Assembly: GCA_018695965.1 (NCBI GenBank)
Contig: JABHQB010000049.1
Coordinates: forward strand, 1-32,562
DNA length: 32,562 nt
Reading direction: 5' to 3'
From: Flavobacteriales bacterium
GTDB lineage: Bacteria > Bacteroidota > Bacteroidia > Flavobacteriales > BACL11
This document shows positions 1 through 10,183 of this stretch, in pieces; within the stretch, counting starts at the first letter, position 1; each line of letters opens with the position of its first letter. The notes beneath the pieces were generated by a model. That model did no database searches, was not told where the DNA came from, and was given only the letters and a program-made list of their open reading frames with translations. Both the position numbers and the translations under genes were made by a program.

Positions 1-432
1 AGAACAGAAAGTAATGGTCTTTTCTAATTTTGCGTAAGCCTTATAAATAGCGTAAGAAATATCTTGACCACCACCAATAATAATAGGAATAATTCCCTTA
101 TCAATTAAATCTCCACAAACCTCAACAATTAAATCAAATGATTCTTTTCTTGTTGGCATCAAACTTAAAGTTCCTAAATCTGCAATTTTTGGTAGATTCT
201 CGAAATAAAGACGATAAAAGGAATCTCTAATCTTACACTCTGATGAAGAAGGGATATTATCTGTTCCTTCAAATTCAGGAACATTAAAAATAGCTATTTC
301 AGCATAATCAACTTTCGGAAATGATTCTTGTAAATGAGAATCAATCTGAAAACCAACTTGTGAAGGGTTCCACCTTTCTTTTACAGAATATAATCCCGGA
401 TTTAATGGTAAAAAATTAGATGATATCTCCAT
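1..432 (-). CDS. Arginase/formimidoylglutamase (ureohydrolase) family protein, N-terminal 144 codons; continues beyond the left edge of the window
   Basis: My own translation of the minus strand from the ATG at 430-432 gives MEISSNFLPLNPGLYSVKERWNPSQ...DLIDKGIIPIIIGGGQDISYAIYKAYAKLEKTITFCS with no stop down to base 1. The 'IIGGGQDISY' segment resembles the 'GGDHS' block of the arginase fold. The start codon directly abuts the topA stop (433-435). It is absent from the supplied ORF track because it is truncated. Confidence 0.45.
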   Translation of the reverse strand, partial: MEISSNFLPLNPGLYSVKERWNPSQVGFQIDSHLQESFPKVDYAEIAIFNVPEFEGTDNIPSSSECKIRDSFYRLYFENLPKIADLGTLSLMPTRKESFDLIVEVCGDLIDKGIIPIIIGGGQDISYAIYKAYAKLEKTITFCS

Positions 433-2769
433 TTATTTCTTCTTTCTATTGTACTTTGATTTAGGCTGATTCTCCATTAATTCCAAACATTTTTCTCTTG
501 TTAATTCTTTTGGTTCCAAATCTTTTGGTATTTTAACATTTATTTTCTTTCCTTTTGGTGGAGTCACCTGAATAAACAGACCGTATCTACCATTAAGAAC
601 TTGCACTAAAGGATTTCCGTCAAAATTAGAAATTAATCTATCTTTATCTGCTTGAATCTTAATTTTTATCAACTCAATTGCTCTATCAATTTCAATAGTT
701 AAGGGGTCATCACCATCATCTTTCTTGATAGAAGTAAACTTCCCGTCATATCTTAAATACGGTCCAAATCTACCAACAGAAGCAACGACCTCCTTACCCT
801 CAAACTCACCAATATTTCTTGGTAACTTAAACAAATCCAGAGCTTCCTCTAAAGAAATTGTTTGTATAGATTGTCCTTTCATTAATGATGCAAATTTTGG
901 TTTAGGAGCATCCTCTTCTTCTTGTTTTTCCCCTAATTGAACCATTGGTCCGAAAGGTCCAATCCTTACGTATACATTCTTACCTGATACTGGATCTTCA
1001 CCTACTAATCTTTCTCCAGTAGACTTCTCTACATTTCCTATTACGTCCTCTACTTTCAAATGAAAATCACCATAGAAATTCTGAATCATGTCATTCCATT
1101 TTTTATTTCCTTCCGCTACCTGATCAAACTCTTTTTCAACTCCAGCTGTAAAACCATAATCCAATACTCCATCAAAATGATTAACCAAGAAATCATTTAC
1201 TACAACTCCAATATCTGTTGGAAACATTTTATTTTTTTCTGCACCTGTGTTTTCTGTTTTTACTTCCTTTGTTATCTGACCATCTTTTAATATCAAATAT
1301 TGAAAATCTCTTTTTATTCCTTCTCTACTTTCTTTTACAACATAACCTCTTTTCTGAACAGTTGTAATAATAGATGCGTAAGTTGAAGGTCTTCCAATCC
1401 CTAAATCTTCTAACTTTTTTACTAAAGTAGCTTCTGCATATCTAGCTGCGTGTCTTGAAAAACGCTCTATAGCAGTAACTTCATTCATTATTAAATTATC
1501 ATTTACATTTAGTTTTGGAAGCATCCCTTCTTGCTCTTCAGAATCATCATCCTTACCTTCCATGTAAACTTTCATAAATCCTTCAAATTTTATCATCTCA
1601 CCTTTTGCGGTAAACTGCTCTTCAGAAGTAGAAATATCAATTTTAGCAATTGTTCTTTCTAATTGAGCGTCTGACATTTGAGAAGCAATAGTTCTTTTCC
1701 AAATTAAATCATATAACTTCTGATGAGAACTTTCACCATCTACACTATGTTTACTCATATCTGTCGGCCTAATCGCCTCATGAGCTTCTTGAGCTCCTTT
1801 CGATTTTGTAGCAAATGTTCTTTCTTGAGAATACTCTAAACCATAAGAGGAAGAAATTTCATTAACACAAGATTGCCTTGCGTCATTTGATAGATTTACA
1901 CTATCAGTTCTCATATATGTAATCTTACCTGATTCGTATAATCTTTGAGCTACATTCATAGTTTGAGCAACTGAATAACCTAATTTCCTAGAAGCCTCTT
2001 GCTGTAATGTTGAAGTAGTAAATGGTGCAGAAGGAGATTTTTTCGCTGGTTTAGTTTCTAATTCTGAAATTTTATAGGATGCCGTTAAACATTGTTTCAG
2101 AAAAACTTCTGATCCTTCTAAAGTTTGGAATCTTCTAGAAATTTCTGATTTAAATGTCTTACCTTCAGGGGTTGTAAATATTGCTGATACTCTGTATGAA
2201 GATATAGATTTAAAATTCTCAATTTCTTTCTCTCTCTCTACAATGAGTCTTACTGCAACTGATTGTACCCTACCTGCTGATAGACCTTGTTTTACTTTTC
2301 TCCAAAGCACCGGAGAAAGTTCAAATCCAACTAATCGGTCTAGAACTCTTCTAGCTTGCTGAGCGTCTACCAAATTAGTGTCAATCTCTCTTGGATTTTG
2401 TACTGATTTTGTAATAGCTTTCTTTGTAATTTCATGAAAGACAATTCGTTTTGTATCTTTCTTTCCTAAATTCAAAACTTCTTGCAAATGCCATGCAATA
2501 GCTTCACCCTCACGATCCTCATCCGTTGCAAGCCACACCGTATCTGCTGCTTTCACACACTTTTTTAATTCTGAAACAACATTTTTTTTATCTTCCGAGA
2601 CCTCATACTTAGGAGTAAATCCATTTTCAATATCTATTCCCATCCCTCCTTTCTTAGGTAAATCTCTGATATGACCAATACTTGACTTCACCAAAAATTC
2701 TTTTCCTAAATATCCTTCAATTGTTTTTGCTTTTGCTGGAGACTCTACAATTACTAAGTTCTTTGCCAT
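433..2769 (-). CDS. topA: DNA topoisomerase I (type IA)
   Basis: N-terminus MAKNLVIVESPAKAKTIEGYLGK (TOPRIM), DEDREGE acidic motif, and a YMRTDS segment with the catalytic Tyr. The C-terminus carries three cysteine-free GRFGPY-like repeats (IGPFGPMVQ, VGRFGPYLRY, NGRYGLFIQV). I chose the start at the MAKN methionine (cat at 2767-2769), because the ORF-track extension to 2835 is AT-rich promoter DNA. Confidence 0.95.
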   Translation of the reverse strand: MAKNLVIVESPAKAKTIEGYLGKEFLVKSSIGHIRDLPKKGGMGIDIENGFTPKYEVSEDKKNVVSELKKCVKAADTVWLATDEDREGEAIAWHLQEVLNLGKKDTKRIVFHEITKKAITKSVQNPREIDTNLVDAQQARRVLDRLVGFELSPVLWRKVKQGLSAGRVQSVAVRLIVEREKEIENFKSISSYRVSAIFTTPEGKTFKSEISRRFQTLEGSEVFLKQCLTASYKISELETKPAKKSPSAPFTTSTLQQEASRKLGYSVAQTMNVAQRLYESGKITYMRTDSVNLSNDARQSCVNEISSSYGLEYSQERTFATKSKGAQEAHEAIRPTDMSKHSVDGESSHQKLYDLIWKRTIASQMSDAQLERTIAKIDISTSEEQFTAKGEMIKFEGFMKVYMEGKDDDSEEQEGMLPKLNVNDNLIMNEVTAIERFSRHAARYAEATLVKKLEDLGIGRPSTYASIITTVQKRGYVVKESREGIKRDFQYLILKDGQITKEVKTENTGAEKNKMFPTDIGVVVNDFLVNHFDGVLDYGFTAGVEKEFDQVAEGNKKWNDMIQNFYGDFHLKVEDVIGNVEKSTGERLVGEDPVSGKNVYVRIGPFGPMVQLGEKQEEEDAPKPKFASLMKGQSIQTISLEEALDLFKLPRNIGEFEGKEVVASVGRFGPYLRYDGKFTSIKKDDGDDPLTIEIDRAIELIKIKIQADKDRLISNFDGNPLVQVLNGRYGLFIQVTPPKGKKINVKIPKDLEPKELTREKCLELMENQPKSKYNRKKK

Positions 2770-2922
2770 AATGATTTTATAAAGTTTAATTAAAAAAGTT
2801 TTGCAAATAAAATAAATAAAATTTGAATCTGCCAAATAAAATTTTATGTCAGTTTACCTATATTATATAATAATATAAATAAAATAACATCTGACACATT
2901 GTCATAGTTTGTCAAAAAATTT

Positions 2923-2930
2923 TAATTTTG
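2923..2930 (+). promoter_or_regulatory. Bacteroidota-type -7 promoter box (TAATTTTG, matching TAnnTTTG) upstream of miaB
   Basis: Exact match to the TAnnTTTG consensus described for Bacteroidetes sigma-A promoters, ending 22 nt upstream of the miaB ATG at 2953. I found no clear -33 TTTG element. Confidence 0.4.
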
Positions 2931-2952
2931 CAGTTCTAAAATAAATGAATAA

Positions 2953-4398
2953 ATGAATTTAGAACAATTGATTGTAAAAGATATTGAAGAAAGCAAACAA
3001 GGAGAAAGTTTGAATTTAGCAAACAAACCTAATGCTTCTAGGAAAATGTATATTGAAAGTTATGGATGTCAGATGAATTTTTCTGATTCCGAGATTGTTG
3101 CTTCTATCCTTAAAGAAGAAAGTTTTACTACTACACAAAACATTAGTGAAGCTGATTTAGTTTTTGTAAATACTTGTTCGATTCGAGAAAAAGCAGAACA
3201 AACAATCAGAAAAAGATTAGAGTTTTATAATTCCATAAAAAAGAAGGGGAATAAAGGAATGATTGTAGGGGTATTGGGATGCATGGCAGAGAGATTGAAA
3301 GATAAATTACTGGAAGAAGAAAAATTAGTTGACATTGTAGTAGGACCTGATGCATACAGAGACTTACCGAACCTAATAAAACAAGTTGATGATGGCAGAA
3401 AAGCAGTAAATGTTATATTATCCAGAGAAGAAACATATGCAGACATTAATCCTGTAAGACTTGGAGGGAACGGAGTAACAGCATTTGTTTCCATTACCAG
3501 AGGGTGTGATAATATGTGTACTTTTTGTGTGGTTCCATTTACCAGAGGAAGGGAAAGAAGTAGAGATCCTAAAAGTATAATTACCGAATGTAAACAACTT
3601 GTATCAGATGGATATAAAGAAGTTACTCTTCTTGGTCAGAATGTAGATTCTTACTTATGGTATGGAGGTGGGGCAAAAAAAGATTTTGGAAAATCTTCTG
3701 AGAAAACCAAGAAAGAAAGTATAAATTTTGCGATTTTATTAGATAAGGTTGCAAATACATACCCTGAATTAAGAATCCGATTTTCAACATCAAACCCTCA
3801 AGATATAAGTAAAGAGGTAATAGAAACAATGATAAAATACGATAATATCTGCAAACATATTCACTTACCTGTACAATCAGGAAGTAGTAAAATCTTACAA
3901 TTAATGAACAGAGGATATAATAGAGAAAGATACTTAGATCTAATTGATAACATTAAAGAAAATATCAAAGATTGTTCTATTTCAATGGATATTATTACAG
4001 GTTTCTGTTCAGAAACAGAAGAAGATCATCAGAATACATTAAGTTTGATGGACTATGTAAAATATGAGTTTGGATACATGTTTAAATATTCAGAACGACC
4101 AAATACACCTGCGGCAAGATTAGAAGATGATATTCCTGAGGAAATTAAACAAAGAAGACTCTCTGAGATCATTGACAAACAAATGAAACATTCTCTACTT
4201 AGAAACCAAGAAAAACTAGGAAATACATATGAAGTTCTCGTAGAAGGAACATCAAAAAAATCTGATGATTTTCTATATGGAAGAACTACTTATAATTCAG
4301 TTGTTGTATTTCCAAAAGAAAATCATAATATAGGTGATTTTGTTATGGTAAAAATAAATGAATGTACATCAGCGACATTAAAAGGTAAATCTATTTAA
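2953..4398 (+). CDS. miaB: tRNA (N6-isopentenyladenosine-37) methylthiotransferase MiaB
   Basis: N-terminal MTTase block [10 protein letters not shown], radical-SAM CxxxCxxC motif ([12 protein letters not shown]), and a C-terminal TRAM-like segment (YEVLVEG...GRT...VVF). Confidence 0.9.
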   Translation: MNLEQLIVKDIEESKQGESLNLANKPNASRKMYIESYGCQMNFSDSEIVASILKEESFTTTQNISEADLVFVNTCSIREKAEQTIRKRLEFYNSIKKKGNKGMIVGVLGCMAERLKDKLLEEEKLVDIVVGPDAYRDLPNLIKQVDDGRKAVNVILSREETYADINPVRLGGNGVTAFVSITRGCDNMCTFCVVPFTRGRERSRDPKSIITECKQLVSDGYKEVTLLGQNVDSYLWYGGGAKKDFGKSSEKTKKESINFAILLDKVANTYPELRIRFSTSNPQDISKEVIETMIKYDNICKHIHLPVQSGSSKILQLMNRGYNRERYLDLIDNIKENIKDCSISMDIITGFCSETEEDHQNTLSLMDYVKYEFGYMFKYSERPNTPAARLEDDIPEEIKQRRLSEIIDKQMKHSLLRNQEKLGNTYEVLVEGTSKKSDDFLYGRTTYNSVVVFPKENHNIGDFVMVKINECTSATLKGKSI

Positions 4399-4400
4399 TT

Positions 4401-5567
4401 ATGAAAGTTCAACAAGCAAAACAAAGATTTGGAATAATAGGAAATAGTGTCCTTCTTGATAGATCAATAAATATTGCACTTCAGGTTGCTCCTACAGATA
4501 TTTCAGTTTTCGTTTCCGGAGAAAGTGGGACAGGGAAAGAAAGTATTCCAAAAATAATACATCAAGCAAGTAAGAGAAAACACAACAATTATATTGCAGT
4601 AAATTGTGGAGCTATTCCGGAAGGAACAATTGATAGTGAATTATTCGGTCATGAGAAAGGTTCGTTTACTGGAGCTCATGATAGCAGAAAAGGATACTTT
4701 GAAGTTGCAGATGGTGGAACTATTTTCTTAGATGAAGTTGCAGAACTTCCTCTGTCTACTCAAGTTCGCTTGTTAAGAGTATTAGAGAGTGGAGAATTTA
4801 TAAAAGTTGGTTCTTCTACCCCAATTAAAATAAATGTCAGGGTGATTGCAGCAACAAATATCAACATACCTCAGGCGATTAAAAATGGGAAATTCCGTGA
4901 AGATTTATATTATAGATTAAATACTGTAAGTATTTTTATTCCATCCTTAAGAGAAAGAAAAGAAGATATTTCATTACTCTTCAGAAAATTTGCTTCCGAT
5001 TTTTCAGAGCAATACAACACCCCTTCTATCCGATTAGATGAAGAGGCTATGGATATAATTACAAATTATAATTGGCCAGGAAATATACGACAACTAAAAA
5101 ACTTTGTCTCTCAACTTTCTGTAATAGAAAAAGAAAGAAATATTAGTGCACAAACCATCTTAGATTCATTACCAGAAAACAAGAATTCTTCAAATACCCC
5201 TATTTTGTTTGAAGATAAAAATAAAGCTGACTTATCAGAAAGAGAAATCTTGTATAAAGTGCTTTTTGACATGAAAAGAGATCTAACTGAACTAAAAAAG
5301 ATTACTTTTGATTTAATGAAAAAGGATGGAGAAACAGAAACAACTCAAGTTTTTAATGATCTCTCAGAGAACGAAATTACATTAGTTTCGCATGATACTA
5401 CAAATAAAACTGAGGAATCAGATTCTTCGTTTTCGTTAGCAGATCATGAAAAAATGCTAATCAAACAATCCTTAGAAAAACACAATGGAAAAAGAAAATT
5501 AGCTGCTGACGAATTAGGAATATCTGAAAGAACACTATATCGGAAAATCAAAGAATTTAATCTCTAA
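4401..5567 (+). CDS. Sigma-54-dependent transcriptional activator (bEBP) with AAA+ and Fis-type HTH domains and no N-terminal sensory or receiver domain
   Basis: Walker A GESGTGKE lies only about 40 aa from the N-terminus. Also present are a GAFTGA-loop variant GSFTGA, Walker B TIFLDEV, a NWPGNIRQL motif, and the C-terminal HTH LAADELGISERTLYRKIKEF. The start is 2 nt after the miaB stop. Confidence 0.9.
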   Translation: MKVQQAKQRFGIIGNSVLLDRSINIALQVAPTDISVFVSGESGTGKESIPKIIHQASKRKHNNYIAVNCGAIPEGTIDSELFGHEKGSFTGAHDSRKGYFEVADGGTIFLDEVAELPLSTQVRLLRVLESGEFIKVGSSTPIKINVRVIAATNINIPQAIKNGKFREDLYYRLNTVSIFIPSLRERKEDISLLFRKFASDFSEQYNTPSIRLDEEAMDIITNYNWPGNIRQLKNFVSQLSVIEKERNISAQTILDSLPENKNSSNTPILFEDKNKADLSEREILYKVLFDMKRDLTELKKITFDLMKKDGETETTQVFNDLSENEITLVSHDTTNKTEESDSSFSLADHEKMLIKQSLEKHNGKRKLAADELGISERTLYRKIKEFNL

Positions 5568-6062
5568 ATGAAGAAAATTCTGTACATATCGTTAATTACA
5601 ATATTTAGTTCGTGTGGGTTTTATTCTTTCACTGGAGCATCTATTTCTCCTGATGTGAAAACATTTTCTGTAGATTATTTTAATAATAAAGCAACTACTG
5701 TCAACGCATCATTAAGTTCTGTTTTCACTGAAATGCTAAAAGAACATTTTACTAGACAGACTTCCTTAGAGCAAATTGAAGATGATGGTGATTTATCGTT
5801 TGAAGGAGAAATAACTTCTTACACTATAAAACCAATATCTATTCAGGCAAATGAAACAGCAAGACAAAACCGACTAACCATAAAAGTGCAAGTAAAATTT
5901 GTAAATAAATTTGATAAAAATATAAATTTCAATTCTACATTTAGTAGATATAAAGATTTCCCTGCAGATGAAGATTTAAGTCAAGTTGAAGAAACTTATA
6001 TGGAGCAAATCTGCACTGAATTAGTAGAGGATATTTTTAATAAATCAGTTGTTAATTGGTGA
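5568..6062 (+). CDS. lptE: LptE-family lipoprotein (LPS assembly)
   Basis: Lipoprotein signal with lipobox (IFSSC|GFYSF) and a size of about 160 aa. It sits in the conserved Bacteroidota position after miaB and the sigma-54 activator. The ATG directly follows the upstream stop. Confidence 0.7.
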   Translation: MKKILYISLITIFSSCGFYSFTGASISPDVKTFSVDYFNNKATTVNASLSSVFTEMLKEHFTRQTSLEQIEDDGDLSFEGEITSYTIKPISIQANETARQNRLTIKVQVKFVNKFDKNINFNSTFSRYKDFPADEDLSQVEETYMEQICTELVEDIFNKSVVNW

Positions 6063-6754
6063 TGAATACGGAAAGAATCATATCATTAATTGAAAGCCCC
6101 AATCTGATAAATAGAAAGGATATTACTTTCTTGGAAGATATGAGTATAAAACACCCTTCATTCTCTATTTCACATGTTTTGCTTGCTAAAGGATTATTAA
6201 ATACTGAAAGTGTAAGATATAATCAAAAACTTAAAAAAGCAGCTCTTTATTCTTTAAATAGAAAACAACTCTTCAGACTTATATCACAAGATGTGAAAAA
6301 AGATAAAATAGTAAAAGAAAATATTCCAATTGAAGTAATAAAAGTTGAAGAAGAGGTAATAATTACTCCAAAAAAAGAATTAAAAATAGGTAAACCTTTA
6401 GAGTTTGACGAAACAGAAGAACATTCTTTTTCAGAGTGGCTATCTCTTACCAAAGTACAAAAAATTAACAGAGAAGAAACAGAAGAGGAAACAGATCTGA
6501 TAAATAACTTTATTAAGAAAAGTCCTACAATAAAAATAGAAAAAAACAAGTTTTTTTCTGCTACAGAAACAGCAAAATCATCTATTATTGAAAATGATGA
6601 ATTAGTAACCGAAACTTTAGCTCGTGTTTACCTAGAACAAGAATATTTTGAAAAGGCAATTGAATCTTATAAAAAATTAAGTTTGAAATATCCGAAAAAA
6701 AGTAGTTTCTTTGCCGACCAAATTAATTTGATAACCAACTTAAAAAAGAAATAA
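6062..6754 (+). CDS. Conserved hypothetical protein with a C-terminal TPR-like helix pair
   Basis: I chose the ATG at 6062, which overlaps the lptE TGA (TGATG). The ORF-track TTG at 6056 is less likely. The middle is acidic and low-complexity. The C-terminus ETLARVYLEQEYFEKAIESYKKLSLKYPKKSSFFADQI looks like a single TPR-like unit. Confidence 0.6.
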   Translation: MNTERIISLIESPNLINRKDITFLEDMSIKHPSFSISHVLLAKGLLNTESVRYNQKLKKAALYSLNRKQLFRLISQDVKKDKIVKENIPIEVIKVEEEVIITPKKELKIGKPLEFDETEEHSFSEWLSLTKVQKINREETEEETDLINNFIKKSPTIKIEKNKFFSATETAKSSIIENDELVTETLARVYLEQEYFEKAIESYKKLSLKYPKKSSFFADQINLITNLKKK

Positions 6755-6757
6755 TCT

Positions 6758-6979
6758 ATGATATCAGCTATTACAATCTTAATTATTATTTGTTCAATAT
6801 TACTAGTATTAATTATTCTTATCCAAAATCCTAAAGGAGGTGGATTGTCTTCTTCATTCGGAGGTGGTGCAAGCCAAATAATGGGAGCAAAGAATACTAC
6901 TGATTTCCTTGAAAAGGCTACTTGGACTTTAGCAATTTCTCTCATTGTTTTAACACTTGCTTCCAATATTTGGATTTAA
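6758..6979 (+). CDS. secG: Preprotein translocase subunit SecG
   Basis: 73 aa with two TM helices flanking the glycine-rich loop QNPKGGGLSSSFGGG, which is typical of SecG. Confidence 0.85.
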   Translation: MISAITILIIICSILLVLIILIQNPKGGGLSSSFGGGASQIMGAKNTTDFLEKATWTLAISLIVLTLASNIWI

Positions 6980-7169
6980 ATTTTTGAAGGAAACTCAAAA
7001 AACCCGCAGGAAAACATAAAGAAACGACTAATTAATCTTTACTTAAACATTCTAGTAAGTACCATATGAATCTGACAATTTTTCCGAAATTATCTCATTT
7101 TTTAATTTGGCATAATAATTGAACCTCTTTATTAAAGTAATCACAAATATTAATATAAATAATACATAG

Positions 7170-9654
<2,485 letters not shown>

Positions 9655-10038
9655 TTAATCAAAAACAAGAAACTTTATAAGAAGGAGAGAAATTATTAAA
9701 ATAGATATCCCAATAAAGGAAGTTGATCTCTTTACATCTCTTTTTCTTGCTTCTTTGGCAGAAAATATTGTAGCAAAAACAGATGCTATTGTCAACAGTA
9801 AATAAGGAAATGGATTTCCATTATGAGAGAAACTATTACCAATAAATAGAAAAATAAATAAAACTGATAACAAAGACAATAAAACACTCAACACAGCAAA
9901 TAACAAACCTCCTGTATTAGGTTCTTCATCATCAATTTGAATAACCTCATTTTGCATACCATCAATTACAGGAAAAGAAGCATAACTTACATTTGCAAGT
10001 GTAGTTATCGCAATTAAAAATAATATTAGTTTTTTCAT
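9655..10038 (-). CDS. Signal-peptide small membrane protein, 'SYASFPV' paralog 1, with 3 predicted TM helices
   Basis: N-terminus MKKLILFLIAITTLANVSYA|SFPV followed by three hydrophobic helices. Its TAA stop is directly followed by the ATG of the downstream paralog (TAAATG). Confidence 0.6.
   Translation of the reverse strand: MKKLILFLIAITTLANVSYASFPVIDGMQNEVIQIDDEEPNTGGLLFAVLSVLLSLLSVLFIFLFIGNSFSHNGNPFPYLLLTIASVFATIFSAKEARKRDVKRSTSFIGISILIISLLLIKFLVFD
9971..9995 (-). repeat. Copy 2 of the 25-nt exact repeat encoding N-V-S-Y-A-S-F-P
   Basis: Identical in every base to 9569-9593. Confidence 0.9.
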
Positions 10039-10151
10039 AAATAATAGACAAAAATAAAACTTAATAGATAAAGTATTATGCTAAGCATAGTAAATTGAAA
10101 AGTTTGTTGATAATAGTATTATCTTTTCATTATTTTTTTATTAATTGTATT

Positions 10152-10159
10152 TATCTTTG
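10152..10159 (+). promoter_or_regulatory. Bacteroidota-type -7 promoter box (TATCTTTG, matching TAnnTTTG) for the aminomutase operon
   Basis: Exact TAnnTTTG match ending 24 nt upstream of the ATG at 10184. It lies inside the TTG-initiated extension in the ORF track, which argues for the ATG start. Confidence 0.4.
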
Positions 10160-10183
10160 CATGTATATATTAAAATTATATTT

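Noticed and set aside
2770-2835. Upstream extension of topA in the ORF track (MADSNFIYFICKTFLIKLYKII...)
   Set aside because: The canonical TopA N-terminus begins at MAKNLVIVESPAK (2769). The extension is AT-rich promoter-like DNA with no homology expectation. The same reasoning applies to the extended starts of ftsW (21975), murD (23251), mraZ (29744), the aminomutase (TTG at 10145), the hydrolase (TTG at 29855) and the ORF at 6056.
6247-6966. Minus-strand ORFs (100 and 99 aa) opposite the hypothetical protein and secG
   Set aside because: They overlap better-supported plus-strand genes that are in operon register. They are shadow ORFs, as expected in AT-rich DNA with few stop codons in some frames.
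7040-7061. Weak inverted repeat TACTTA-N10-TAAGTA upstream of groES, considered as a possible CIRCE-like operator or terminator
   Set aside because: The arms are only 6 bp of AT-rich sequence with a 10-nt loop. It does not resemble the CIRCE consensus and has no adjoining U-tract, so it is likely chance.
10039-10183. Possible lysine riboswitch (L-box) upstream of the KamA-like gene
   Set aside because: The spacer is only about 145 bp, extremely AT-rich, and shows no multi-stem GC-supported structure or conserved L-box core. The leader from the -7 box to the ATG is about 24 nt, far too short for a riboswitch.
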